Positions 9,379 through 20,400 of a stretch of DNA of 60,692 bases are shown here, piece after piece. Position 1 is the first letter of the stretch. Each line of letters begins with the position of its first letter. The position numbers and the translations under genes were made by a program. A model generated the notes under the pieces. That model made no database searches, had not been told where the DNA came from, and saw only the letters and a list, made by a program, of their open reading frames with translations. Source of the stretch: a virus (lineage: Duplodnaviria > Heunggongvirae > Uroviricota > Caudoviricetes); the IMG/VR virus record IMGVR_UViG_3300029705_006930, one strand, 5' to 3'.

Positions 9379-11127
9379 TTAAGCAAAAAGAGCGTTAACT
9401 TCATCAACTGTGATTGCAGAAAAACTGTTGATTGCAGATGTGTTTGCAGCGATTGCTGTTTCATTTGCAGCAATTCTTGCTACAGCAGCTTCAAGGTCAT
9501 CAGCTTCAGCTTTGTCAGCAAGTGTTGTATTGATTGTGCCAATTGCTGTTTCATTTGCAGCAATTCTTACTACAGCAGCTTCAAGGTCGGCCTGAGAAGC
9601 TTTAAGAGCGATAGCAGATGCATTAGCTTCATGTGCAGCTTTGTTTGCAGCAGCAAGAGCTTCAACAGCATCCATTTCAGACTGAAGTGTGTCGATTTCG
9701 CCTTCAGCTGTACCTACGCGGCCTGTGAGGGATGTTACATCAGAAGCAAGAGCATGTTTTGCAGATTCTGTTTCAAGAGTTGCAACACGAGCTTCAATCA
9801 GAGCATCTTCATCGTCAGCATATTTTTTAGCAGCGGCAAGAACAGCTTCGTCTTTTGTATCAGCATTTGTACCTGCTGTAGCAATTGCTTCTGCTTTTGC
9901 ATCAGCAATCATATCTTCTACAGAACCTTCGCCATCGCCGAATTTGCCTTCAAGAACATCAAGACGGCCTTTGATAGCTGTGTCTTCGCCCTGGAGAGCA
10001 GTGATAGCTTCACCGTTAGCTGTTACTTTGCCGGAAAGTTCTGTTACTACAGAAGATTCAGCTTTTGTACCGATTTTGCCTTCGAGTTCTGCTTTAAGAG
10101 CAGCATCAGCACCAGCAAAGTCGTGGTCTGTTGCAACGTGGTCTGCGATAGCTTTTGTATTAGCAGCAATATCTTTTACCATTTCATCAGCAGCAGCACC
10201 ATCAGTGTCAATATAGTTCTGAATTTCAACTAATGTATCTAATGCATTTTTAAGGTTTTCGCCTTCGCCTTCATCTTCAGCAGCACCTACAAAGAATGCT
10301 TCAACTTTTTCAAGTCTTTCATCAAGACCAGCTTCAACACCAGCAGCACGTTCTGCTTCAGCTTCAACAAGACCTACGATGCGAGCATCTTCGCCTTCAA
10401 GAGCCTGAACTTTTGTATCGTAATCAGACTGTTTTACAGCAGCATTAGCAATACTGGAAACTGCATCAAGAGCAGACTGGTCAGCTTTTGTACTGATTTT
10501 ACCTTCAAGTTCTGTTTTGTCAGCACCTTTGAGGTAGTCGCCTTCAATTGTGGAAACTTTGTTTTCAACAGTTGTTACACGGTTGCCAAGTGCTTCAAGG
10601 TTACCGGATGTAGCAATACCATCAGTTTTCTTGTTGATGTAAGCAACAACAGATGTTTCACCTTCTGGGAGTTCGCCTACAACACCTTCGAGAGCATCTA
10701 CTTCACCCTGTACTTTTGCAACTTCGCCATCTGTGTAGGATTTAGCCTGTGCAAGGATGCCGCTTTCTGTATTGTTGATTGCAGCAATATCTGTTTTATT
10801 CTGTTCAGCAACAGCAGAAACTGCATCAATTTTGCCCTGAAGTTCAGATTTTGCATCAGAAACAGCTTTGGAAACAGAACCTTCGCCTGTGCCTTTAAGT
10901 GTTTCGATATCAGATTTGTTAGTAGCTACCTGACCATTAGCAAGCGCATCTGTGTATGCTTTAGCATTTGCTTCAGCTGTGGAAGCAGAGCCAGCAGCAT
11001 CATAATTTTTGCCAAGACCTTCTGCATGAGCTTTAGCAGCAGCCAACACTTTTGCGTCTTCAGCTTTAACCTGGTCAACAAGAGCACCAAGGGCAGTAGT
11101 GTCTAAATATTTTTTAATATCAGCCAT
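9379..11127 (-). CDS. Ala/Glu-rich coiled-coil fibre-like virion protein
   Basis: 582 aa, heptad-rich, with KKYLD...L at the N-terminus and IT.DEV.ALF at the C-terminus (shared with the neighbouring gene). Confidence 0.7.
   Translation of the reverse strand: MADIKKYLDTTALGALVDQVKAEDAKVLAAAKAHAEGLGKNYDAAGSASTAEANAKAYTDALANGQVATNKSDIETLKGTGEGSVSKAVSDAKSELQGKIDAVSAVAEQNKTDIAAINNTESGILAQAKSYTDGEVAKVQGEVDALEGVVGELPEGETSVVAYINKKTDGIATSGNLEALGNRVTTVENKVSTIEGDYLKGADKTELEGKISTKADQSALDAVSSIANAAVKQSDYDTKVQALEGEDARIVGLVEAEAERAAGVEAGLDERLEKVEAFFVGAAEDEGEGENLKNALDTLVEIQNYIDTDGAAADEMVKDIAANTKAIADHVATDHDFAGADAALKAELEGKIGTKAESSVVTELSGKVTANGEAITALQGEDTAIKGRLDVLEGKFGDGEGSVEDMIADAKAEAIATAGTNADTKDEAVLAAAKKYADDEDALIEARVATLETESAKHALASDVTSLTGRVGTAEGEIDTLQSEMDAVEALAAANKAAHEANASAIALKASQADLEAAVVRIAANETAIGTINTTLADKAEADDLEAAVARIAANETAIAANTSAINSFSAITVDEVNALFA
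9452..9588. repeat. Intragenic 47-bp direct repeat with a 90-bp period
   Basis: attgctgtttcatttgcagcaattctt(g/a)ctacagcagcttcaaggtc at 9452-9498 and 9542-9588, encoding DLEAAV.RIAANETAI twice. Confidence 0.85.
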
Positions 11128-11150
11128 AATAAATTTTCTCCTTCAATTTA

Positions 11151-12323
11151 TCAATTAAATAAAGCTATAACCTCATCTGTGGTTATAGATTGTGTTTTAT
11201 CTGCGACTACGTGATAATCGTTTTCTTTTTCAATCCATACAGCAATATGCTCATTACCGTCGGTGGTATTAGCATATACTGTTTGCTCAACGCCGAGTGC
11301 TGGAAACTCAGTGCCTACAAATACAATTTCAGTTGGTTTTTCCGTAATCTGAACCCATTCATTATTACGGTAAGTCCATAAAACTGCACTTTCAATCACA
11401 AAATAGTAGGCTCCATTAACAGGAGATTCCAACTCTTTTCGGTTTTTTTCCGTCTCTAATTCTGTGATTTGATTATAAAATTTTCTCTTGCCTTTAAAGT
11501 CAAAAGCAATACGACACAAGTCCTGAATAAAAATCAGCTGTCCGTCTCTGATAACCAAATCAGCTATTTTAGATGACGATGTGGCAATTACTTTTAAGCC
11601 CTGACTAGCAGCTGCAACATATGTGCCTGTATTCTTATCATAAGTAAGTTTAAATCCGTCAGCCAGATATTTACTGTCAACGGCAGCATCAAATGTACCG
11701 CCTGATATAGCAACTTCGTTGTCGCTACCTTCTGCCACTGTCAAAGCAGCAATGTGTCCACCACTGATAGAAGTGCTCTGATTTGCAGGATTATAATCAG
11801 CAACACCCATATATAAAGATTCTATCGTACCATCAACTACAGTTAATACGCTTGTTGTATCAACGCTCTCAATGATGCCACCACTGATAGTCAGCTCACC
11901 ACAGTTTGCAATAGCCGGAGAACTGCCATCATAAGATTTGAATGTGCCGCCATAAATAACAGATGTACCATAAACGGAGTTATTGTAATAAAAATTATAT
12001 AAAGCATAATTTCCAACAAATGCTCCGTCATATATAGTTACAGAACCATAGTTACCGATAGCGTGTCCAAGAGTATTAGTAATACCACCAGTCTTCTTGG
12101 AGCTACTGTCTATAATTGTCAGTACACCTTTTGTGCCGACATAGATAGCACCATAACTATCATCAATATCACCCGTAATCGTATAACCGTTCAAGTCAAG
12201 CGTTATCACATTTGATACCGAAATTCTGCTCGTTAAAACAATATCACTTGTCAGTACAACAGTTTCACCAACTGCAGCGTTGTTTATTGCAGCCTGTAAA
12301 GCACCATTTTCAACACTAATCAT
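11151..12323 (-). CDS. Tail-associated protein with an N-terminal beta-helix-like domain
   Basis: ITLDLNGYTITG and repeated I.GGTF motifs typical of parallel beta-helix surface proteins. Confidence 0.6.
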   Translation of the reverse strand: MISVENGALQAAINNAAVGETVVLTSDIVLTSRISVSNVITLDLNGYTITGDIDDSYGAIYVGTKGVLTIIDSSSKKTGGITNTLGHAIGNYGSVTIYDGAFVGNYALYNFYYNNSVYGTSVIYGGTFKSYDGSSPAIANCGELTISGGIIESVDTTSVLTVVDGTIESLYMGVADYNPANQSTSISGGHIAALTVAEGSDNEVAISGGTFDAAVDSKYLADGFKLTYDKNTGTYVAAASQGLKVIATSSSKIADLVIRDGQLIFIQDLCRIAFDFKGKRKFYNQITELETEKNRKELESPVNGAYYFVIESAVLWTYRNNEWVQITEKPTEIVFVGTEFPALGVEQTVYANTTDGNEHIAVWIEKENDYHVVADKTQSITTDEVIALFN

Positions 12324-12381
12324 ATTTCATCGTCACCTCCTTGCTGTTAAATTTTAAGATTTTCATATTTGAGGTACCTTC

Positions 12382-12789
12382 TTAGAATTCAACAACCTCA
12401 ATTGCAGACTCAGAGTGTTCCTCAATCATTGCCTGCACGGTTTCTGCATCAACTTTCTTTTCCAGTTCTGTTTCGATTTCAGAAACTTGAGCTTCCAATG
12501 TGGATACATCTTCTGATTTACTAAAGTCGACAAATGCTGTGCCATTCCAGAAGTATAAAGAACCGTTACAAATGTATACAACATTTTCTTCACCAACTTC
12601 TGGTAGAGCAGAAACTGTCAACACCTGGTCTTTGCCTTCAGCAAGTTTTACATTGCCTTCTTTTGTAATCCAGCCGATTTTACCTTCGTCCAGAAACAAA
12701 ATGTCATATGCGTCTACAAGACCTTGTTCAATCGCATACTGGATTCTTGCCTCTGAACCAAAGGCGTGCTTTGATTTCAAATCTGACAT
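12382..12789 (-). CDS. Hypothetical tail-associated protein
   Basis: 135-aa ORF with an AGGAGG RBS. Its LPEVGEENVVY motif resembles that of the neighbouring gene. Confidence 0.65.
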   Translation of the reverse strand: MSDLKSKHAFGSEARIQYAIEQGLVDAYDILFLDEGKIGWITKEGNVKLAEGKDQVLTVSALPEVGEENVVYICNGSLYFWNGTAFVDFSKSEDVSTLEAQVSEIETELEKKVDAETVQAMIEEHSESAIEVVEF

Positions 12790-12847
12790 TTAATATCCTC
12801 CTTATTCAAAAATATATAAAAAAGCTGTAGCCAAACACTACAGCTCC

Positions 12848-12979
12848 CTAATGGGCATTTAAAATATAAAATTTTTCTTCACCTGTAATTTTACCATCTT
12901 TAAACAGTGCTTCAATTTTTTCTGCACTTACCTCGTGGTTTCTGTACAGGCGCCACAAAGATTTAACAAATTCTCTCAT
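12848..12979 (-). CDS. XkdX-like small protein (43 aa)
   Basis: Own translation: MREFVKSLWRLYRNHEVSAEKIEALFKDGKITGEEKFYILNAH. GGAGGT RBS. Confidence 0.65.
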   Translation of the reverse strand: MREFVKSLWRLYRNHEVSAEKIEALFKDGKITGEEKFYILNAH

Positions 12980-12989
12980 ACTGACCTCC

Positions 12990-13310
12990 TTATATAATGT
13001 TATCGGCAAGCAGAGTTTTCACAAAATTGTCAATAATCTCTTCAGGAGTTTTGCCATTCAGCATTTTAAGTTGTTTATATTCATATTCATCAATTTCAAC
13101 AACTGAAACCGTATCATAACAATCGGCGTGTTCCGGGATGTTGTAATAGGTTTCTTCGTGCCAAATAGTATTTTTGTCAGAGGATAAAATGGCTTGTGCC
13201 TCAGATTCAGAACACAATACCATAATTTTATGTTTTGGCTGATACTTCAAAAATATCAGCTTGTCGAGGACATCAATGACTTTACCGTCTTTTATTACTT
13301 TATAAAACAT
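12990..13310 (-). CDS. Hypothetical tail-fibre chaperone-like protein
   Basis: 106-aa ORF with a GGAGG RBS, between the giant tail gene and the XkdX-like gene. Confidence 0.6.
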   Translation of the reverse strand: MFYKVIKDGKVIDVLDKLIFLKYQPKHKIMVLCSESEAQAILSSDKNTIWHEETYYNIPEHADCYDTVSVVEIDEYEYKQLKMLNGKTPEEIIDNFVKTLLADNII

Positions 13311-13360
13311 AAATCCTCCATATATAAATAATGCTGCGAGAGTTACCCCGCAGCATTTAA

Positions 13361-16324
13361 TTAAAATGATATTTCGATTAACACACCGGATTCACTGTTT
13401 GCAGTGTTAAATCCTGATAGTGCACCAGTTGCAAGTACCTGATATACATAGGAAGCATATTCCACATTAGGTGAACGCAACCAATATTTAGAATAGTCAC
13501 CGCCATCATATGCACGTTTGCGGGAATCATTTGTAGTCAGATATGATATAGCTGTGCCTTCATTGATATAAGGCTCATCTGTCATAGATGCATCCACTTC
13601 TATACAGGAAGGTATAGTGATATAACAATCGGCTGTATCTGTTTCAGTCGACATATTACCAAGGGTATATGGCACCTCAACCTGTTTTGTCAGCAATTGA
13701 ATTTGTACAGGCAGTGCCTGATACAGTCTGCCATTCAGCACTTTGTTCAGCGCTGATTCAGCCCAACCGCCAACAGTAGAGTTGGTCACATTCCATTTAT
13801 GGTTTCTGTCAAGCAGATGTGTTGCAAGCAAACTGAAAGAGCAACGTTTAGAAGCATTATCACTCAGATAATACTTTCTGAAACCGCACACTTCCATATC
13901 TACTTTTTCGTGTGTCCACAAGGCAAGCTCTCTGCATACACTGTCACCAAGGTCTTTAAACCACACCTTACACCAGTTGATGTTACCGATACCATAATTT
14001 TCATACATACCGTCATCAGCTTTAGCACATCCAAGTACAAGGGTGCTGTCAGCCATTGTTGCTTTAGTTCTTTCGAGTGTAGTTACGGCAATGTTTTCTC
14101 CGTCAAAATTAGATTTGTAAACTGTCAGATTATTGTCACCTGCAGTATGTCTTAACACAACAACTTCACGCTGATTTTCCTGAGCAACATTATCAATCGT
14201 TGTACCCCAGGTCAGTTTTGCTCCTTTAGCAGAGGAACTGTTGTTATACCAGAGTTTAAAGCCATTGCTGCCATTGCCCTGATAGCACTGTGCAAGAACA
14301 CTGTTCATATTGTTACCCGAGAGGAATTCGTAATCTATAACGAGTACAAAGTCCTTATCCTCATCAAACAGTTTGATATCTGTGTCAACATATTTAGAAC
14401 CATCAAAATATGTCTTTTCGCTGATTACTGTTCTTGATTCAATGTCATCGTAATCAACATCTCGTCCAATAACAAATGAATATGCATCCTTATCTTCAAG
14501 TATCGTTTCTGCAAGACCGAGTTTATTCATTGCATAGATTTCAACAGGCGTCATATCCTTCAGTTCTTTGCCGTCAAACGCACCTGTCTTGTATTCAAAT
14601 CTATCAAAAATAGCTTCAATGGTCTTTTCACCATCGATAAATCCGCTCTTATCCCATCTGTTGAACAGATAGAATACATATCCACTTTCTTCAAGTGTGT
14701 ATGTCGGTGTGTCACCTGTGTATGGCACGTTGGCACCATATTTATCGATGCTTTCCTGTTTTGTCACGCCTTTGGAAACATATCTGATTGTATATTCTCG
14801 TAAAGATGAGGTATATACAGCCATAATAGTTCTTGGCTCAAAAATATTCGTTAAGGCTGAATCCCAATTTGTAAAAGTAAAGTCGTGACTTACAGAACTT
14901 TCTTTGGTTGGGATAAGTGGATTTTCACTTCTCGTTGTCGGGTCAACAGCACTGCCACCCTTATCAACATACTGAACTTCCAGAACCGTGTTATCATCGT
15001 TAACAAATGTAACAGCAAACTGTTCAATCATTGTGTCATATGTAATATCAAGGTCAGCCCAAACTTCTTTATATTCATAGTATCTCTGTTCTCTGATAAC
15101 CGGAACGTGAACCTTACCTGTCAATACAGATTGGTCAGCATTGTAACCATTTTTATCTATACCTTTCATAGCATAGATTCTTTCAAGCAAGTCTGTATCT
15201 TCCAGTTCCCAATCAACACCCGTAATTCTAACGCGGTTAACATTAGGGGCACTGCTTAAAATTGTCAGCAAATCAACAGTAGCACAGTTTTCAACTGTCA
15301 ATGTGGTAAGCTTACTAAAATCAGCAATATCAAGAGTTGTGAGATAAATCAGATTTTTCATACTCATTGCATTGATTGCAGGCAATTCAGCAATTTCAAT
15401 CTTACCACCATCTGCAAATGTAACACCACCGATATTGGAACCATGAGCATACAATTTGCGCAGATTAGTTAATGCTGAAAGATTTAATGACTGCGTAAGT
15501 CCTGATACATTTTCAATGTTCAATTCTTCCAACAGATAGTTCGCCCCGGTAGTAAGTGTTGTAAAGTTAGGGTTGTCATAACCTTCAGTATCGTTGCCGA
15601 AAATCAGTTTCTTAACCTTGCTTGCTTTACTTGTATCGGCAGTCGCAACATAACAAGTGGATAAATCGCCAAAGTCCTGAATAAGAGATGAACTGTAAAC
15701 ATCTACGATATCAGCTTTTTCGCCTTCAAATGGTATTTCATATACCTTATTAGGTTCTGCTCTTAACTGAATTGGACTCTGTGTACCGTATTTAACATTC
15801 AAATACATATATGCATATGGTGTCAGTTTCAATCTGTAATTAGGCTGAACTGCTAACTCGCCCAGAGGTACACTGCATCTGAAAACAGAGTTATCACTGG
15901 ATGCTACGGAACTCTGATATTTGGACGCCATGTATTTTTCCTGGCTGCGTTCCCATTGTCTGCGGTGATATTTCATCTTACCGTTAGCCATATTTACAAG
16001 GAACTGAGAGTCACCTTTGCCGTTGATAAAAGAACTGTTATAAGTACGAGTGTATTTTCTTAAAATATCCAAACGCCACAATTCTTCAGGGAACTGATTT
16101 TGCCATTCGTCAGCCTTATTGATAAAACTTTCAGCATGCCAAGCATTTTTAGATTCTAATGTACCATACATTGATTTTAATTCAGAACCAAACAAGTCTC
16201 TGATACGACAGAAGAATGTGCTATCCATCTCACGGAACACTTCTTCACCCTTTTCATCTCTATCAATGTCTTCAAGACCATAGCGATAAACTTGTTTACC
16301 ATAGTTATTAAGACCTAATGCGGT
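13361..16324 (-). CDS. Giant tail protein, exon 2 (end of CotH-like domain, LRR-like region, LamG-like region, C-terminal WLRSP domain)
   Basis: Splicing gives WGYDMD|TALGLNNYG. Contains Leu-rich repeats and YWLRSP near the C-terminus. Confidence 0.75.
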   Translation of the reverse strand, partial: TALGLNNYGKQVYRYGLEDIDRDEKGEEVFREMDSTFFCRIRDLFGSELKSMYGTLESKNAWHAESFINKADEWQNQFPEELWRLDILRKYTRTYNSSFINGKGDSQFLVNMANGKMKYHRRQWERSQEKYMASKYQSSVASSDNSVFRCSVPLGELAVQPNYRLKLTPYAYMYLNVKYGTQSPIQLRAEPNKVYEIPFEGEKADIVDVYSSSLIQDFGDLSTCYVATADTSKASKVKKLIFGNDTEGYDNPNFTTLTTGANYLLEELNIENVSGLTQSLNLSALTNLRKLYAHGSNIGGVTFADGGKIEIAELPAINAMSMKNLIYLTTLDIADFSKLTTLTVENCATVDLLTILSSAPNVNRVRITGVDWELEDTDLLERIYAMKGIDKNGYNADQSVLTGKVHVPVIREQRYYEYKEVWADLDITYDTMIEQFAVTFVNDDNTVLEVQYVDKGGSAVDPTTRSENPLIPTKESSVSHDFTFTNWDSALTNIFEPRTIMAVYTSSLREYTIRYVSKGVTKQESIDKYGANVPYTGDTPTYTLEESGYVFYLFNRWDKSGFIDGEKTIEAIFDRFEYKTGAFDGKELKDMTPVEIYAMNKLGLAETILEDKDAYSFVIGRDVDYDDIESRTVISEKTYFDGSKYVDTDIKLFDEDKDFVLVIDYEFLSGNNMNSVLAQCYQGNGSNGFKLWYNNSSSAKGAKLTWGTTIDNVAQENQREVVVLRHTAGDNNLTVYKSNFDGENIAVTTLERTKATMADSTLVLGCAKADDGMYENYGIGNINWCKVWFKDLGDSVCRELALWTHEKVDMEVCGFRKYYLSDNASKRCSFSLLATHLLDRNHKWNVTNSTVGGWAESALNKVLNGRLYQALPVQIQLLTKQVEVPYTLGNMSTETDTADCYITIPSCIEVDASMTDEPYINEGTAISYLTTNDSRKRAYDGGDYSKYWLRSPNVEYASYVYQVLATGALSGFNTANSESGVLIEISF

Positions 16325-17451
16325 CAATCTGTTACTTTTATGACCTATCTTTTAGATAGGCGGAAATGGTTCTTCTTTAGCTGGTCTGATTACCAGCGAC
16401 CATTTCTCTCGCACTTCATTAATTTGGGATTATAATGCGAGTTCAGACTGTTGCATAACTTTATAAAACTTCTTCATAAAGTCCTCTCACGCTCAGTCGT
16501 TGTTCCTCTATATATTTACTTTTAAAAACTAAATTATATTTTCTTGTTAATGTTTTATGGTTACACAAGTTACTTACTGTTTGTTTGCTAATATTTAATT
16601 TTTTACTAGCTTCATCTCCAGAATAAAATTCTTGAACAATATTGCCATTATCATCTAATAACAAAACAGTTTTTCGTTGATTACTTTCTGGTCTTGCATT
16701 AATTATTCTTTTATAATTTTTATTTGGGTCATAATCTTTTGTAAATACCCAGACAAATCCTCCTGCTGTTATCTGCCTACTACCATTACGCTCTATGTGT
16801 TCTGTGCATACTTTTGAGATATTAGAAAATGGTATTTTTAATTCACTTGATGCTTCTTGTGCATTATCCCATATTCTAATTAATTCTCCATCTAAACTAA
16901 TTTGACATACTGGTTTGCTGTTTTTACAATTCTTTCCCTTTGGAAAGCTATCTCCACCATATGTATTATTATACCCGTGCTCAAAACTATTATATTTTTC
17001 TATATAATATTTTTCTTTTTCATTTAATTCTTCTTGCGATAATGCGGTATCGTGAATTTCGTCTACTTTAAATGCATCAAAACCATATTTTTTTATAGCC
17101 CGAAAAAGATGTTCATTATAATAATTATTTCTATCTTGAAAATGTTTATAATATTTATACACCCTTTCGATACCATTTCCTTTAAATCTATAACGCCCCT
17201 TAAATCCTCGTGGATTTATAGTTTGACCTATGTACACTTCATTGGTAATTATATTTTCAATTTTATATATAACACCAAAATATTGTTTGCCATTTATTAT
17301 TATGCTCATAAAATCATCCTTTTTGCATAAAAAAGAGGCTCTGCAACATGAGCCTACAAAATAAATGTAAATATATAGTTGGAAGGCGTTGTCCGTCCCA
17401 TCGGATTTTCGCCATATATTAGTGAGAGTTTTACATGGACTACCAATTTTA
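16325..17451 (-). mobile_element. Group I intron in the giant tail gene
   Basis: P1 is CATGGAT|...GTCCATG with a U-G pair. P7 is GACTG/CAGTC (caacgactgagcg...atgcaacagtctga). Terminal G at 16325. Removal restores the reading frame. Confidence 0.85.
16461..17309 (-). CDS. Intron-encoded GIY-YIG homing endonuclease with NUMOD1-like repeats
   Basis: GVIYKI...VYIGQT and GYN motifs, with C-terminal HTH-like repeats. Likely start is MSIIING at 17309. Confidence 0.85.
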   Translation of the reverse strand: MSIIINGKQYFGVIYKIENIITNEVYIGQTINPRGFKGRYRFKGNGIERVYKYYKHFQDRNNYYNEHLFRAIKKYGFDAFKVDEIHDTALSQEELNEKEKYYIEKYNSFEHGYNNTYGGDSFPKGKNCKNSKPVCQISLDGELIRIWDNAQEASSELKIPFSNISKVCTEHIERNGSRQITAGGFVWVFTKDYDPNKNYKRIINARPESNQRKTVLLLDDNGNIVQEFYSGDEASKKLNISKQTVSNLCNHKTLTRKYNLVFKSKYIEEQRLSVRGLYEEVL

Positions 17452-20400
17452 ATCCATGTCATAGCCCCAGTTCAAATCCCATTTTCTGATAGGATTGCCA
17501 TCTGAGTCCACTTCATTTGTTTTACCATAGTGGAAAAACAGATTCTTGGCTCTGTTGTCCACCATACAGTATCTTGTGGTAAACAAGTAATAATAAAGTA
17601 TAGAGTCCAATACTACATAGTTGCCTATACCAGCTCTGAATTCTTCGTCAGTAGAAGTAGTTATAAATCTATATAACTCAATCCACTTCTGTTTACAATA
17701 ATCAAATACCTCAGCATTTTCATTATCATCATCACCTTCATAGATATAACGCCAGCCATATGTAAAGTCCTCGCTAAAGTCATCGTGTTCAAGAATATCC
17801 ACATAATAAGTCTTAGTTAAATCTACTTCTGTATCCTGAGTTAATACATATTCGCCATCAATTAATTCATAAAGAATACCAAGATTTTCATTTTTAGCCC
17901 AAATATAAATCTTTTCTTCTGTCTTTTCGTCAACTTTATAACCCATAGCATTATACATTGTATTAACAGGGAAGTCAGAAAGTGGAAGTTCAACGTCCAT
18001 AATTTCAACACAACATTCATACTTATCATCCATATCTGTCAGTCTCGAAGAATCAGTTTTCTTACTATCTCCGATATTACCGATTGCGTAAAAATGCCAA
18101 TCATTATCTGCAAATTCTCTATGAGTAGAAGTATCTTTATCAGTTTCTTGAATAAAGATTACACAGTTATGAAACTCCATCGTATCTTTAATATAAGCAG
18201 TTTCAGCATCTACTGTTGCTTGAAGTGCTGCTAATTTAGCAATACGCTCATCTTCTGTCATTGCAGCAATTTCTTCATCGGAATATACATCTGACAAATC
18301 TGCCACTCTTATAAATGGTCTATTATAAGGATTAAACTCATTATATCTATTTGCTAACATTGCGTTTGTCATATTATTAGAAGAAGCAATATTAACTTTT
18401 GCATTCAAATAAGCTACAGGAACAGAAGTGCGAGTAAGCGTAATCTTATCTGTTTCAGTTCCATCACCTAATTTGAAATAAGGTTTTACACCTTCAATCT
18501 GAGACTTGTTCATTATAAAGTCAAGGTTTCTACCAGCAGCACCATAGTTGTTAGAACTTGTACCTTGACCGCTATGAGAGCAGTTGTAACAAGTCCAGTT
18601 GTCAAGCACTGGGTCGCCACCTTTATAAATCTGCTGAATTGTTGTATTAGGGACTTTATCACTCTTATTGTTTGTAAAATAAGGAGCGGAAATCTTGTAT
18701 ACCCTTAACCAAGGACATTTTTCAGCAAGAATATCTGGGTCTAATTGACTGTTCTCATTATAAATCTGATTTCGGTCATAACGATTAACCATTTCTTCAG
18801 CATTACGAGCATCGGCAATAAAGTTATTCAAAATGCCTCTATCAGTAAGAGAGGTGTTATAAACTTTAAATCTATAAATATGCAAGTCACAATCTTCAGA
18901 ACCTAAAGATATAACTTTAGGTGTATTCTGAGTAAAGTTGTATGAATCATCATAAACCATTGGACGAGTAGAAACACCGTCCTCATAACCCATTACCATA
19001 GGAATAGCTTCTGTATTCTTAGAAATATTAAACTCAAATTCAATAATATCTTCTTCAGAATAAGGAAGCTGCAAGCTACCAGCCTGACCATAAATGTTAG
19101 CTTCATGTACATCCATCTGGATACCAATATGGTCAGTTTCAGTTGTATTATCCATACAACTCAAGAATGTAGCATCTGGTTTAGCTACATTAGTTGTTTT
19201 AAATACTAATTTAAATTCTTTACCATTTTTCTTTGCATCATCTGCAAAAAGCTGATAATTAATTTCAGCCGATGTGCCTGCCTTGATACAGAAATACTGG
19301 TCTCCATTTTCGTCATACTGATAACCACCGTTTACCCAGTCGAAGTTATCAGAAACCGTCATAGCAACTGTATCTGTAGACCAAACTCTGTCAGCATCAT
19401 TATTTGATTTGCCGGATGGATTAAAGTCAAACACAAGCCCTGTGGTCACAGGATTAACTTCAATATCCAGTTTGGTAATTTCAGCTTTCAGTGTTTTAAC
19501 TGTCTCGCCACATTTGATTGTAATAGTATGTGCACCGACAACATCCGTCTTATATGTGTATATGTTTGTAGCAGATTCCAGAGTAGGAGTGGATACAACT
19601 ACACCATCAACCGCAATTTCAACTGTAGGTGTTTCAGTTGTTGGGTCATAAACTGTGTATTCAATATTTGTAGCATCATACTGTCTTGCAGTAAAGTTCT
19701 GATAAACAGTACCAATTACAGGGACAGTGCTCTGGCTGTCATACCAAAGAATATCCTTGAATATATGATTGGATTCAATATCATTGCCGTTGATATTGGC
19801 TGTCATATATATTTCAAGCAAATGAGAACCGTGCTGTTGTGCAGCAAGGTCATATCCCATTGGTATACCGGAAGAAGCTGTCGTAACTACGGCAACCTCT
19901 TTACCGTCAAGGACAAAGTGTATACTTTTTGATACTGCACCATAAGGTGTAAAATCAACAGATACTGTGCCAATCGGATATGTAAGTTTATCATTGAACT
20001 CTGATTCAATTCTTACATCAATCTTCTGCACCGTCCAGGTTTTCGTTACCATACTACCTGATTCATCAGATATAGAGAGGGTAATTTTCTGTGTACCGAT
20101 ACCGATATATTCTGTAATATCAAAGGAGTTTTCACCCGCAAGCGCTGTACTTGTAGCTACAACTCTGCCTGCAACTTTCCAGGTTGCTGTACCCTCTGGA
20201 ACACTGTCTCCGGAAGAGTCAGTGCCGGAAAATGTGTATTGGATAACAGCTTTATCATCCGTTGTTACAACCAAAGGAGATGTGGTTACATATCCTATTT
20301 TAAGTACACTGCCGGATGCGCTTCCGCCGCCGCCACCTGTGATAATAACTTTATTCTTTACAACGCGTTCTTCTTTTTCACTGTCACCTTCGTGTGTGAT

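Noticed and set aside
9352..10233. Long plus-strand ORFs (also 9689..10216, 39287..40096, 19967..20467)
   Set aside because: Antisense shadows of strongly codon-biased minus-strand genes, with no RBS or recognisable motifs.
16461..17462. 333-aa version of the GIY-YIG ORF
   Set aside because: The first 51 codons run through the exon end and the intron P1/core. The likely start is 17309.
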